DNA of 64,000 nucleotides from Octopus sinensis (taxonomy: Eukaryota), in assembly GCF_006345805.1 (NCBI RefSeq), contig NC_043004.1, positions 65,472,001-65,536,000 on the forward strand, given 5' to 3'. A program made the position numbers and the translations under genes. The stretch's first letter is position 1. Each line of letters opens with the position of its first letter. A model generated the notes under the pieces. The model did not search any database and was not told where the DNA came from. It worked only from the letters and a program-made list of their open reading frames with translations. Positions 50,453-64,000 of this stretch are shown here, piece by piece.

Positions 50453-52859
50453 TATATATTTCTATATATGCATATACATATACATATATATGTATATATA
50501 CGTATATATGTACAAAAGCGTTAGTCTTTGATGCTGTGTATGTTTCTGAGTGTATGCATATGTCTACGTATGGATATCTTTGTGTAACTGAATATATTAA
50601 TGAAATATGAATATCTTATATGTATGCATTCATATAAATGTATAAAGTTATGAATGATAATAGTACTCTCTTTTATTTACACTTTGAGGCATATACAGGG
50701 GAAAGAGATAACGGCTGAGAATTATTGATATTTTAGCTGCTTAGTATTTAAGAGACATCCAAAGATTGCTCTCTTGGTACTCTACTGTTTCTGCTTCCTT
50801 CTGATTCTTTTCCAGTTTACGTCTTTTATATTTCTTTCAAAATAAATTCCGTCTTCTTCTTCTACTCTGTTCTCTATACTGAAATATTCATTCCAGCTTT
50901 GCCAAGCATATGAAAGATAAAACAAAGGAGAATGAGATATTCCGCAGCAAATGAAACATGTCTTTAATATTTTTACCCTCCAAAATCGAGATCAGAAAGA
51001 TTACAGAATTTTCATTTTTACCCCTCAGTCATATTTCGTTAAAAACATCTTTGATCTTATAGAATTAATCTTTCAAAACAAGTAAAATTCCGAGCAATAA
51101 AAATTACTCTCGATACATTATGACAAAAACTAAACAAAAACAAACCAAACATACGAACAAATAAAAGGCAAAATATAAAATACAAAAATGCGTCACCAAA
51201 TCGATCAACGTAGTTAAGTTGCAAGGTTGCAATAGGTTAGCTACTTCACTTATATTGACTACTAGTGTGGTTGTGCAGTCTCTAATAAAACGAAATATGT
51301 TTATATAAACCAAACATATTGCAAATGAATATTGCGTAGTTTCATTTCGGTATTTCTGTGATGCCTCTTTTCTGGGATCATCCCTTCTCACATTTGAATT
51401 TTCTTGATTTGCATTGAAGGCTACAGTGTTTCTTTCATTTCTGATTTCCTTCTTATTGAATATCCTCCTCCTTTTTCTGAGGCAATGAAATAAGTTTGCA
51501 TGTCTAAGTGTATTGTGTTTATAATGCACATATTATTTGTCGCATGTATGTATGTATGTCTTTTATGTATGTATGTGTGTATCGAGTATGAAGGCATGGG
51601 AAACAGTGTGTACGTATTTATGCTTATGTATATATGTGTGAGTGTGTGTTTTATATATCTATGTAGTTATAGATGTGTGTGTGTATCTATGTGTGTATGT
51701 GTGCGTGAATAAATTAATCAAGCGAATGAAATACGATAACGTGACAATGAGAAGAAAAAAAAATGATATATGGAGTCAGAGAAGAGAAAGTGCGGGTATA
51801 AAGAAGCGTACAAATATAAAGAGATAAAGTAAAAATCAAAGAAATGTACACTAGAAGTGCATACACGAAAGGAAAATGCAGAAGAGAATATCAAAGAGTA
51901 AAACAGATTAAGAGAGAGAGAGAGCCAAGAGAAAGTTTAAAATATACCGTACCGAATTTAAGCCGTCTGTTGAAATGACAGTGTAATTATAAGACTACAT
52001 TATACATTGTATCTATTTTCTCAAGTTGCTTAGGTGTAATTTTACAAAAAATGTAGCTTGTATTTGTAGCAGTTCGATATCATGACTTGGTTTATTAAAC
52101 AGTTTAGTTTACGTCTGTGCTGTTTCTGTCATAAAAATACTATTGAATGAAAATTTGAAACCTCTAAGTGGACTCCATTTTCACGAATATTTTCTCTTTA
52201 TAAATCATAATAAAAATACGAAGAAAAATACGATGACGAGCAACGCTAAGATAGTTTAAGAATGAAAGCTACATTAAAATGAATAAATTTGAACATTGTA
52301 AAATGCGAAAGGAAGTAAGAAAAAATATAAGAAAAATCTCTAAGGTGAGCTTAAAATATCGAAAAACTATCACAAGACAGCTACTGGCATTGAAACCGAA
52401 CTTTCTACAAGAATTCACAATATATTTTTCCTTCTTATCTTTCTCCTTTCTCGGTATCGTACTTTCCTTTTATTGTGTAATTTTCTTTATTTATTAAAAA
52501 ATTGCTTTAGCAAAGCAATTTTCAGGCTGACATGGTAGTTTGAACAGGCAAAAATAGCACAAAAAGATTGGTTAGATAAGCAGATTAAGAGTAATTACAC
52601 AGCTGCTGAAAAAAGATACCCGGCAGGGTAACCCCCTAATACAGTCCCGGTTAAATATTTGTTGTTCTACTTTTTTCTTGTTTCTACTGTGTTTCAAATC
52701 TTCCAAGTGATACCAAACCAGAATTAGGAAAAAAAAAAAAAAAAAAGATATCTAAAAGCGAAACCAAAACAAATGAATAAGAATGAAAAAAACATTTGTA
52801 AACTAAACAAAAAATAAAACATTGGCGAAACTAGATAACAGTAGCAGCACCAGCAGCAC

Positions 52860-53030
52860 AGTAGCAGCAGCACCACCACCATAAAAACAATGATAATAAC
52901 GATGATGATGATGATTATGATGATGAGGATGATGATAATGATGATGAAAATGATGATGATGATGACGATGATGATGTTCATGATGATATATGATGATGAT
53001 GATGATGATGATGATGAAAATAATGAAGGA
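52860..53030. repeat. (GAT)n microsatellite
   Basis: Direct reading. Confidence 0.9.
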
Positions 53031-53807
53031 GATGTGGAGAGTGGTCGAAGTTAAAATTAGAAAATATAAACAAAAAAAATTAAGATTTAGAACTAAAACA
53101 AGAACAAACGACTCGAAAAGTCGATTCTACTAGAAAAAAATGTTATTATGAACTAGCTTTATGTATATTTTGTTTGATTTAAAAAAAATTCATTAGTTTA
53201 CTGTGTTATAATTTATTTTTTAAATCCCAATCCACGGTTTCTAGAAATATTCTATTGAGATGGAGATTAGAATTATAATGAAACAAAATAAACTCAAGAA
53301 ATAAAAATAAGATGAAAAAAAATAAAATAAAATAAAAGTAAAATTGTTATAAAGTTCTAAAAGACCTCGGGAGACAAGATCTGCTCAGACAGCAAGGAGA
53401 AGAAAATGAATGTGATGGATATCAGTGAACAGATTATTAAGGTATAGAGTGATACTCACTGCATCTTCACTATTAACTTGTGTAATGTGGATGGCTTATA
53501 TAATACAAAGACCCATGCTTAATCGACCGTTCACGAAGACATTAAACATTCATAGATTGGTTTACGGTGGTGACATAATCTGCGAGAAGAATTTCTCAAC
53601 TCTCCAGAGAATAAAAGTCTGGCTCTATAATTAGGCTAGAAGGAACTGCAGGATAATAAGGGAAAGCAATAATACAGTAAGACAGGATATAATGTAGTAG
53701 GAAAATCAATATGGTAAATAAGCCAAAAAAAAAAAAAGAAAAGAAAAGAAAAAGGGAAAATGATAATAAAATAGATGACCGAAGAATAGAAGCTGTGGAG
53801 TACATAT

Positions 53808-53957
53808 ACAACGGTTTTCTGAAAAGTTACTGGCTTTACGGGTGTCGCGAAAGGCCCGGTTGGAGGCCCAAGCTTCCGAGTGAATCTGAGAGAGGAACGC
53901 GTTGAATAAATTCATAATTAACTGACATTCACCCAGTCAGAAACTTTTCAGCACCAA
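53808..53957 (+). mobile_element. mariner-derived MITE, internally deleted
   Basis: ctgaaaagtt...gtgaatctgagagaggaacgcgttgaataa...cttttcagcacc. Confidence 0.7.
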
Positions 53958-53968
53958 CTCATATATAT

Positions 53969-54107
<139 letters not shown>

Positions 54108-54294
54108 GTATATCAGAGTAAGCATATACATGCGAAACAAGGTGGAAAAAGTAGTACTCGAAAACCAGCGGTAGATTACTATGCTTTATTAAAAAGCACC
54201 CCAAATATTACAAAATCTGTTACTCAGAAATTCATGTGCCCGTTCGCCGGACAGTTTTGTTTAGTATATATATATATATATATATATATTTATA

Positions 54295-54502
54295 CATAGT
54301 TCCTGGTTGAAAGGGTGTCGGGAAAGGCCTGGTTGGCGGCCAAACTTTCCGAGTTATCTGGCGGCGTTTAGAAAAACTGAAGAACTGCAGCAATAAGTGG
54401 GTGAATCTGAAAAGGGAACATGTCGAATAAAATCATGTTTAACTGATCATTCCTCGTCCCCTATTTTCTTTTATCTCAGATAAAACTTTTCAGCACCCCT
54501 CG
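54295..54502 (+). mobile_element. mariner-derived MITE
   Basis: Colinear with 34619-34833; right TIR cttttcagcacccctcgta. Confidence 0.75.
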
Positions 54503-54800
54503 TATATATATATATATGTGTGTGAGTGTGTGTGTGTGAGTGTGTGTGTGTGCGTGTGTGTGCGTGTGTTTATGTATGTGTGTGTATATATGTGTGTGTC
54601 TATGTTTGTCACCGCAACATCGCTTGACAACCGATGCTGGTGTGTTTATGTCCCCGTAATCTAGCGGTTCGGCAAAAGAGAACGATAAAATAAGTACTAG
54701 GCTTACAAAGAATAAGTCCTGGGGCCGATTTGCTCGACTAAAGGCGGTGCTCCAGCATGGACGCAGTCAAATGACTGAAACAAGTAAAAGAATGTAAAAG
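54503..54800 (+). mobile_element. SINE family A, 3' half
   Basis: Body and tail motifs. Confidence 0.88.
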
Positions 54801-54967
54801 AAAGTAATGTGAGCGTGTCTGTGTGTGTGTGTGTATGTGTATGTATGTATATGTATGTGTGTGTGCCTTTGTATATATATATATATATGTTTGTATGTGT
54901 GTATATTTGAGGGCAGATATTTTCAAGTGTGTGTGTGTCTGTAAAATATCGTAGTGTCTAGCTTCAA

Positions 54968-55215
54968 AGTGGAAGCGCATGGCTTAGTGGTTAAGGTATT
55001 GGACTTATGTTCGTAAGATTGTGCTTTCGATTCTTGGACCGGGCGATGAGTTGTTTTCTTGAACAAAACACTTCATTTCACGTTGCTCCAGTCCACTTAC
55101 CTGGCCAACATGAGTAATTCTAGGATGGACCGGCGTACCGTCCAGGTGAGAAATATATACACTATTGAAACCGGGAAACCTGTACTTATGAGCCTGGCAT
55201 GGCTCGAGAAGAAAG
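54968..55215 (+). mobile_element. tRNA-derived SINE family C
   Basis: gcgcatggcttagtggttaagg...ttcgattc (A/B boxes); shares ttcttgaacaaaacacttcatttcacgttgctccag with 63630-63940. Confidence 0.8.
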
Positions 55216-55308
55216 CATCTCCCTCTCCATAAAAGGGAGAACGAACACGGATACAAAATCCATTCAAATCTCAAATGATGGAAGCACGTTAGTCCCGCAT
55301 CATGTCTC

Positions 55309-55541
55309 TCTTACTCTTTTACTCTTTTACTTGTTTCAGTCACTTTGACTGCAGCCATGCTGGAGCACCGCCTTTAGTCGAGCAAATCGACCCAAAGACT
55401 TATTATTTGTAAGCATAGTACTAATTCCATCGGTCTTTTTTGCCGAACCGCTAAGTTACGGGGACGTAAACACATCAGCATCGGTTGTCAAGCGATATTG
55501 GGGACACAGACACACACAAACATATACACACACATGCACAA

Positions 55542-55628
<87 letters not shown>

Positions 55629-55780
55629 TACGACGGGCTTCTTTCAGTTTCCGCCCAGCAAATCCACTCACAAGGCTTTAGTCGGTCCGAGGCTATAGTA
55701 GAACACAGTCGCTTATGGTGCCACGCAGTGGGACTGTACTCGGAACCATGTGGTTGGTAAGCAAGCTACTTACTACAACT
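55309..55780 (-). mobile_element. SINE family A, full length
   Basis: Reverse-complement match. Confidence 0.9.
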
Positions 55781-56640
55781 CTCTTCTAAATGGCTAAGAA
55801 ACTGAAAAACAAAAAACTACGTCTGTTACATAATCGTCATGAATTAAACAAACGGATAAAGCCAAAGTATAAACTTGAGTTCGATGTTGCTGTTTATTTA
55901 GCAGAAGGGGCTAAATAAATAACTAAGGGAAATAACTGAGAACCCCACTTAGCAGAAGTATGTTTAAAGGGGCAATGCACTACTGAATGACACCAGTAAA
56001 AAAAATATCGACTGAAATTTATTTCTGGGAGAATAAAAACATAAATGTTGGATCTGTTATTAGTGATTCTCAAAGAAAATGAAATTTTTTCAAGAAATTA
56101 GGAGTTAATCACTAAAATTGATCGATATTCTTGTTTAACCTTGAAATCAGCTTAAAATAGTCAGCGTTATCACCTGACAACATTGTCAAACGTATTAGAT
56201 GTTGGTATGTGATCTGAGGACACTGCGGTTGATGGTTTTTGGGAATTGGACAATAGCTTGAATTAGAAAATACGCACACACACATGCATATACACATATA
56301 CACACATACACACAAGTACACTCATATTACAGAGAATGTAGAAACATTCCTTTCTGGAAGTGTCCATATATATGCATCGACACATAAACACACTCGAACA
56401 AAGAAAAAGAGCGCGATGTATTCCTGAGCAAAACAATCCATTTTGCGTTGCTCCGTTTCACTCAACTGCGACTGGCTAGTCGATCGATCAGGGGAATATT
56501 GGCCTGCTCTCCAAGCCAGCGGCGTGGCATCATTCGAAAACTATAGCGATCTACAGTGCATTGTAACCATCCAACGGCATATAACAAAATCTGATAGCTT
56601 AACCGATTATGTGATCCTGCGATCAAACTGTTTTAAATAA

Positions 56641-57951
56641 TATATATATGTTGGCATCCGTTTTGTCGGGAGACAATGGAGTTGCGCATAAAACAGTCTA
56701 GTTCGGCTTTTACATTTCATATCCTAATACATTTCCTGCTGTGGCTGTGTAGTCCTATCCTGGACAAACACTCCCTCTGGCAGGTACCGCAAATGTACCG
56801 AAGACTGTTCCTGGCTGGTTGTAATGTCATAGTTTCTTGTTGATGTGTTTTCTTGTCTTTCCATTTCTCCTCTCTCTCTCTTTCACTGCTTTGTATTCCC
56901 TCTTTTACGGTACGTCGCCAAACTCTACGGTTGCTGACAACTGCTTCCCAATTGCTAATATTGATGTTGCAGGCCTTCATGTCCCTTTTGCAAACATCCT
57001 TGTAACGTAAGAGCGGTCTTCCCACAGACCTAGTACCCCTAGCAAGCTCTCCGTAGAGTATGTCCTTGGGGATTTTGCCATCTTTCATACGGCTAACATG
57101 CCCAAGCCATCTCATACGTCTTTGTGGGAAGAGTGCAAACATGCTTGGTATTCCTGCTTGCTTGATGACATCTTTGTTGGGGATATGATTCTGCCATTTG
57201 ATGCGGAGGATTCTCCGGAGGCAGCGCAGCTGAAAGATGTTTAGGCGACGCTCTTGGCGTGTGTATGGCGTCCAAGTCTCACTTCCATAAAGTAGAGTGC
57301 TAAGTACACATGATTGGTAGATCTTCATTTTAGTGGTCTTGGTCAGCTTATTGTAGTCCCATGGCCGTTTGGAGAGTTGGGCCATCGCAGCAGCTTCCTT
57401 GCTAATGCGTGTATTGAGCTCAGCGTCAAGGGATAGGTTGTAGGTGACGGTAGAGCCAAGATAGGTAAACTTCTCAACCTACTGTAATCTGTGGTCTCCA
57501 ATATGTATGTTTGGGATGTCCGATGTAGCCTGACCCATGATGTTGGTCTTCTTGAGGCTGATAGCTAAGACAAAGTCGTTACATGCTTGCTCAAAACAGT
57601 TGATGAGCCTTTGGAGAGCTTCTTCTGTGTGTGATACCAGAGCGGCATCATCAGCAAATAGCATCTCCTTGATCAGGACGTTTATGATTTTGGTCTTGGC
57701 ACGCAGGCGCGAGAGATTGAACAGTTTCCCGTCACTTCTACTGTGCAGAAACATTCCATCATCTGATGTCTAAAAGGCGTGTGAGAGCAAGAGCGAGAAG
57801 ATGCCAAATAATGAGGAGCGAAGACACAACCTTGCTTTACCCCGTTTTTTATTTGGAAGGTGGCTGATGTTGAACCATTGTGCTGTATGGTGCCTTACAT
57901 GTCATCATGGAAAGACTTGATGAACCTCAGCAGCTTTGGTGGATATCCGCT
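56641..57951 (-). mobile_element. RTE-BovB-like LINE, 3' half of RT and C-terminus
   Basis: VKQGCVF, EMLFADDAAL, EKFTYLGS, CVLSTLLYGSETW, FQLRCLRRIL, RWLGHVSRM.DG.IPKDILYGEL, GRP.LRYKDVCKRDMK, terminal CxxC...GLHSH. Confidence 0.93.
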
Positions 57952-57995
57952 TTAATAATAAATATATATAAATAATATATATATATAAATAATAC

Positions 57996-58026
<31 letters not shown>

Positions 58027-58079
58027 TAAATAATATATATATAATATATAATATATATATATATAATATATATATATAT

Positions 58080-59390
58080 AGATAAGAAGTTGGTTTGTGA
58101 AAGCACGTGGGTAAATATATAAAAAAATAGTAAAGAGTGAAAAACGACAGAAGGCTTAAATGTTAAAATATATATATATTTGCGTCAATATGACTGAAGA
58201 ATATTAGAAAATTTTTTAAACAAAATTTTTTTTTCCTTTATAATGACGTAATTTTTAAAGAAAGACCGGTTTCGCATTTAGCTTTTCAAATTTCTTGTGA
58301 CGTTATGTTTATGTTTAATAGAGTTATCCTTGTGTTTAAGCTCCGGAGAGTTCTAAATAAGGGAAGGTAGTGGGCGATTTCTTCCGGTGTAAGGGAGATA
58401 ATCGCTTAAATTTTTTTTTCCTTTCCCTTAATGTGAATTTCTCTGTATCAGTATGTTCGGATGGTTGAGTCTGGGCTTGTACTTTTCAATGAAGAATGTT
58501 TCCTTGTTTAGTCTAATTTGTGTTGATGATCCGAAAGCACATTGGTAAAATGGAAAGATTAAAAATTGTGGTAGTAGTTGCTTTGCGCATTTCTCAATGT
58601 GCTCACTAAAAGGTATCATTCTATATTCTGGAATGCAATCTGTTGTCGATGCAGTGTGCATCTACGTCTGAGTGATAGTCCCGTGGAACCCACGTAGTCT
58701 TGGTGGCAGCCCGAGCATTTTATGACAAAAATTATGTTTTCAGAGGCACAAGTAAAGTTAGATTTGATCTTGAATTTCTGTCCCTCTTTAAAGAGGAATT
58801 CTGATCCTTCTAGCAGGTTAGGACATGTTGCACAGTTCGATTTACCACATTTTTTTACTTTTGCCTCCGTAATTTCAGAAGACAATTTTGCCTTTGTGAG
58901 AATCTTTTTAAGTGATTTAGGCTGTTTGTAGCTTTTAATGATTTGGTGTATGTTTAGAATTTCCTTTAATTTGGGTTTTTTATGAAGTATTGGTAAATTC
59001 TGGGTGATGATGGTGAAGGCTTCTTTGTTTCTGGGGTTGTATGTAGATATGTAAGGTAGTATTTTCGGGGAAGGTGTGTTGTTGTGTTGAACTTTTCTTA
59101 AAGTTTCTATGTTGATTTCTGTTGCACGTCTGATCCCATCCTCTATGAGTTGAGCTGGGTAATGTCTGTCAATTAGGGTGTTTTTGAGTTCTTGAAGTCT
59201 AAAGTTCCTGGTATTTTGTTCTGACACTATTGTGCATATCCTTCTTGCAAGGTTGAAGGGGATGTTTGTTTTAGTGTGTCTTGGGTGGCATGAATTAAAG
59301 AGAAGGTATTGTTTGGCGTCTGTGGCTTTGTAGAAAATGTCTGTTTCTATTTTAAGGTTAATTTTTTTAATTAGTATATCCAAGAACGGG
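58080..59390 (-). mobile_element. Neptune-type PLE (thumb, linker, GIY-YIG, 3' UTR); same family as 13700-14575
   Basis: ETDIFYKATDAKQYLLFNSCHP, IPFNLARRI, CGKSNCATCP, NIIFVIKCSGCHQDYVG. Confidence 0.92.
58258..58296 (-). ncRNA. Hammerhead-like motif with U3-A8 core
   Basis: aagaaa-t-TTGAAAA-gc-taaat-gc-GAA-ACCGGT-C-tttctt. Confidence 0.6.
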
Positions 59391-59514
59391 AGCTCCTTTT
59401 GATAATCACGTTGGTTTAGAGATCAGTTCCATTGTACGGCAATTATCTTCTTCTATAGCCAAGGCCGACCAATGCATGGTGAGTGAATTTGATAGACAGA
59501 AAGAGTATAGAATA

Positions 59515-59740
59515 GTATGGCGAGCTGGCGAGCACACCGGGCGAAATACTTAGCTGTATTTCGTCTGCCGTTACGTTCTGAGTTCAAATTCCGCCGAGGC
59601 CAACTTTGCCTTTCATCCTTTTGGGGTCAACGAAATAAGTGCCAGTTACGCACTGGGGTCGATATAATCGATTTAATTAGTTTGTCCGTCCTTGTTTGTC
59701 CCCTCTCTGTGTAGCCCCTGGTAGGCAGTAAAGAAATAAG
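59515..59740 (+). mobile_element. SINE family B nested in a diverged family A copy (59440-60000)
   Basis: Family A sequence stops at about 59500 and resumes at about 59745. Confidence 0.8.
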
Positions 59741-60698
59741 AAACAGTATGGAAGCCCTTCATGTATGTGTGTGTGTGTGGTTTTGTATGTATGTATGTAT
59801 GTATGTGAGTTTATCTGTGTTGTTTTTGTGTTTTTCTGGCCCCTTATTGACAAATTGTGTTATTTTATTACTGTTCTCGTAATTTAGCGGTTTGGCAAAA
59901 CCCACGACAGAATAAATATCGAAGTCAAAAATTATTCATGGGATCTATTCGTTTAACTAAACTCTTCAAGGTGGTGTCCCAGCATGAAACAAGTAAACGA
60001 TGAAAGAAAGATAGATATAAAGATGTGTATATTAGTTTCGAACGCGTATCATGCAATATCTTACTATCTCAGCCATAACCCATACTCAACTACGTATATA
60101 CATTCATATATACGCTCCAGCAAATCTGAACCTTACACTGGTCATATGTGGACAAATCGATATTTGGAAATAGATAGGTTATAAGAAATCTCTACTTAAT
60201 TAGATTCCTTCCGTGCTGCGATTCCATGGTAAAAGTTTTGACCTCTCTTTAAGTTCAAACATCATTACGACGGGAAGGAAACGTAGGTAGAATGCCCGAA
60301 ATTAAATTTCACTGGGATCTTTTCATATAACGTACTCATCTTTCTGATGGAGGTCACATATTGTAGCCAGGTCTATTGTTGTTGCAGCTAGTTAGATATA
60401 TTACGAAATATTACGATATATTACCTGGAATTACCTTAATGACGAAGTAATATTACTTAACAACGCTTATTGTACGCCCCACCATCACCAACATGACAGC
60501 TACGTATAGGTGGTACTGCTATTATTTCACATACACTACATATGATTTTATACACACACATACACAAACACATACACATATCCTGAGAGAGGTAGAGAGA
60601 GATTATATAAGTATACAATGTATACACGTGCGTGTTTGTGTGCGTGTGTATATATATATATGTATATATGTGCATGTATATATATCTATGTATTTCTG

Positions 60699-60763
<65 letters not shown>

Positions 60764-61079
60764 ATATGTATTTATACCCTCATCTTGTAGATATATATTG
60801 ATTAGATGAGAAATATAAGTGGCCTTTATGCCGCTTACAATATCACAATGTACGTCTGACCCATGCACCGATTTATATGTCCATCTCTGTATTTATTATT
60901 CTAGTTATCTAATATATTAACTCTTCATAACTTTATCAATTCATACCTTTCTCATGACTCCAGTCCGTCTGTCAGTCTGTCTATCTGTCTGTCTGTTTAT
61001 GTGTCTATCTGTCTAACTGTCTGTCTCCCTACCTATTTACCTTTCTGTCGTTCTATCTCTCTGGTACTTCAGGTATGTC

Positions 61080-61255
61080 ATAGGAGTGGGTGTGTGGTAA
61101 GTAGCTTGCTTACGAACCACATGGTTCCGGGTTCAGTCCCACTGCGTGTTAAATTGGTCAAGTGTATTCTACTATAGCCTCGGGCCGACCAAAGCCTTTC
61201 AAGTGGATTTGGTAGACGGAAACTGAAAGAAGCCCGTCGTATATATGTATATATG

Positions 61256-61320
<65 letters not shown>

Positions 61321-61530
61321 ATATGTTTGTGTGCATGTGTTTGTCCCCCCCCATCGATTGACAACCGATTCTGGTGCATTTATATCCCCATAACTTAGCG
61401 GTTCGACAAAAGATACCGATAGAATAAGTACTAGGCTTACAAAGAATAAGTCCTGGGATTGATTTGCTCGAGTAGCAGTACGTGCTTCAGCATGGTGGCA
61501 GTCAAATTACTGAAAAAAGTAAAAGAGTAT
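61080..61530 (+). mobile_element. SINE family A, full length
   Basis: Head ataggagtgggtgtgtggtaag. Confidence 0.9.
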
Positions 61531-61611
61531 GTATGTAAACACTTGCGTAAGTATCTACCTAACTTTAAACTCTCATTGTATATGCTATATCAATTACGAT
61601 ATTGTATTATA

Positions 61612-61830
61612 AGGCGGCAAGCTGGTATAATCACTGGTACGCTGGGAAAAATACTTCGCAGCATTTCGCCCGTCTTCATGTTCTGAGTTCAAAATCTACC
61701 GAGATCGAGTTAGTTCTTCATTCTTTCGGTGGTCGATAAAATAAGTACTAGTTAATCACTGGAGGCGAGATAAATCATTGTCTTCCGAACTTATTGGTCT
61801 TGTGCCAAAATTTGAATCAATATTATATCA
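61612..61830 (+). mobile_element. SINE family B, diverged
   Basis: aaggcggcaagctgg...gttctgagttcaaa. Confidence 0.75.
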
Positions 61831-63629
61831 CTAGCGGGACCCGTGAATATTTCACAGAATTAACTGTCAGCTTTTTGGGTTATAATCTGAAAACCGTATT
61901 CAAAAAATCTAAAATTGTAGCCTTTGTTGTGTCTGTATCAAAAGATAGACGCTCGTCTGCTAATCATTGAAAAGTGAAGGAAATTGGTATATGATGATGA
62001 CTTAATGTACTTTATACATACATTTGATATACTTTATGCAAAATTTTATAGACTTAATACACAGCACTCTCTCTCTTTATCACTCACTCTTTGCCTTACC
62101 TCTTTTTCTCTCTCCTTTTTCTTTCTCTCTTCGCCTTTCCCTTCAACTAATTACGTGAAGTGTTATAGACGGGCTAAGTAACGGAGAAAATAACTTACTT
62201 ATAGAAAAACATTACACATTTCCCTCACCACTAGCTCTCCCTCCCCCATACCATCCCACTCATTCCTTTCCCGTCCCCCATACCTTCCAACCCCCCATTC
62301 CCCCTTTTCCTTATATAATCACGTGGAAGCGTTACGGACGGGCTAAGTAACTGAGTGACAAGCAGAATGACTATATATATATACGAAGATATAACAAAAT
62401 TAGCCCTGTGTAAATATCTACTATATATATATATATATATATTTTACCCTCTTTTACTGTTATCTTCATTCGACTGCGACCATACTGTGGCACCGTCTTG
62501 AATGTTTTAGAGAACAAATCGATCCCAGTTCGTATTTTTCTTAAAGCTGAATATCTATACTATTCGGTCTCTTTTGTCCAACCTATAATTTACGAATCTA
62601 AATACACCAAGACCGGTTTTGGGGACAAACACAGCACAAAGACACCCACCACATAGACATATATACACAGCCGACTGTCCGACTGTCTTCTTCCAGTTCG
62701 CTTGTCAGAGATCCTCTGCCATCACGGTGGTCAACTCAAGGGGTATCGCAGAAGATATTTTTCCGATGTGCCACACAGCGGATCTCAACCCAATGCCATG
62801 TTGCCGAGGAGCAAGTTTCTTAACTGCGCCTGAAATTAAACAATATTTTTGAAGCCTTTTATGCGAAATTCGAAGCAGAAATGACTGCATATCGATTTTA
62901 TTTCTTTGCACAGCGAAAAGTAAATGACGTTTCGCCAATATGGCTGATGGGTCTTTTTGACTTGTTTATTATACAACTGTCCCTCGAACTGGATCAGGCT
63001 GAAAAGCTGGCTGTATTACATACAGATACATTTTGGGTATGTAGAGTCTGGTGTGTTGAGCAGTCAGTGATGTAAGTTGGACAAAGCAAAACTTTTTTAT
63101 ATCCACTACCTAAACTTCTAGAATGAGGGCTGATATATTGTTTGTGAAGTCTGATGACGCGCTCGCGTCTCCGCCTCAGCAAAGAGCATTGTGTATAGTG
63201 AAAAGCTACACCCAGCCTGTAGTAATGCTTTTGTTGTGACAGAACCTCGTGGATCTAAGGGAGAAAGCTCTAACTGAAAATCCTGTTCTATCCAGAAATG
63301 GCAGCAGTCTCGAAGTCATTTGTCAAAATTCTGACATTATGGCGATTGAAATGTGTGGTCCTGTGGAAGAAGAGCCGAATGTCAAGGGAGAGATCGCTTT
63401 CTCAAGTTTGCTAAGCACCATAGACAGTCGGTTCCAGACTCAAGGCACATAGATTCAACGCATTATTGGGAGAAACTTCAGGAAGCTTGGCGTCTCAGAA
63501 GCTACTGGAGAAGAGAATGACACCAGTACAAATGCCTCTGTACGATTGAATGATGAGGCGAACAATTCTGTTCTGGATGAGAAAAGAGATATGCGCAGAA
63601 TCTTTCTATGGGAAAACACACGAGAGCAT

Positions 63630-63940
63630 CGAGCTTACGATCGTGAGGTTGTGAGCTCGAATCCCGGACCGGGCTGCGTGTTGTGTTCTTGAGCAAGGCA
63701 CTTTATTTCACGTTGCTCCAGTTCACTCAGCTGTAGAAATGAGTTGCGACGTCACTGGTGCCAAGCTGTATCGACCTTTGTATTTCCCTTGGATAACACT
63801 GGTGGCGTGGAGAGGGGAGGCTGATATGCATGGGCGACTGCTGGTCTTCCATAAACAACCTTGCACGGACTTGTGTCTAGGAGGGTAACTTTCTAGGTGC
63901 AATCCCATGGTCATTCATGACCGAAGGGGGTCGTTACCCC
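63630..63940 (+). mobile_element. tRNA-derived SINE family D (C-related 5' part), head-truncated
   Basis: gagctcgaatcccggaccggg B-box region; shares core with 54968-55215. Confidence 0.75.
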
Positions 63941-64000
63941 TAGGTAAGCAGAAAGTGGGAACATTATATCATGTACGAAAACAATATAATGTCACCAAGA

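Noticed and set aside
51104-51529. 141-aa minus ORF in non-repetitive DNA
   Set aside because: No recognisable motif, no donor site, and the tail is low-complexity; probably chance.
53345-53640. ORF 53425-53634 as a type-II membrane protein, LKDLGRQDLL as a death-domain end, or FTINLCNVDGL as a LINE APE start
   Set aside because: Three incompatible readings, each short and stop-riddled; none supportable without a database search.
63150-63175. CTGATGA followed by a GC hairpin
   Set aside because: No GAAA strand follows.

Overview
Repeat-saturated, AT-rich eukaryotic DNA. The SINE families and extreme microsatellite load suggest a coleoid cephalopod, probably Octopus (inference). No host protein-coding gene could be called with confidence; only scattered candidate small exons were seen. 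Recognisable content: (i) five Penelope-like element (PLE) relics, namely two Naiad-type (1-1790 minus; 11290-13410 plus) and three Neptune-type (13700-14575 plus and 58080-59390 minus, one family; a GC-rich copy at 39245-41520 minus); (ii) LINE fragments: R4/Dong-type REL elements embedded in (AAT)n, an RTE/RTEX-like fragment and an RTE-BovB-like 3' half; (iii) a mariner deletion derivative and four mariner-derived MITEs; (iv) more than 20 tRNA-derived SINE copies of at least four families; (v) many long microsatellites. The most striking unexplained layer is a dense set of minimal type-I hammerhead ribozyme (HHR) motifs from at least eight unrelated sequence families. All have a palindromic stem III, and several sit inside long fold-back palindromes or inverted-repeat-flanked non-coding elements. 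Their catalytic 3-8 pair appears as C-G, U-A and G-C in different families. One family joins a tRNA-like (Pol III A/B box) head to an HHR tail. All pairings were read by eye, nothing was computed, coordinates are approximate to a few bases, and some palindromes, duplications and frameshifts could be long-read assembly artefacts.
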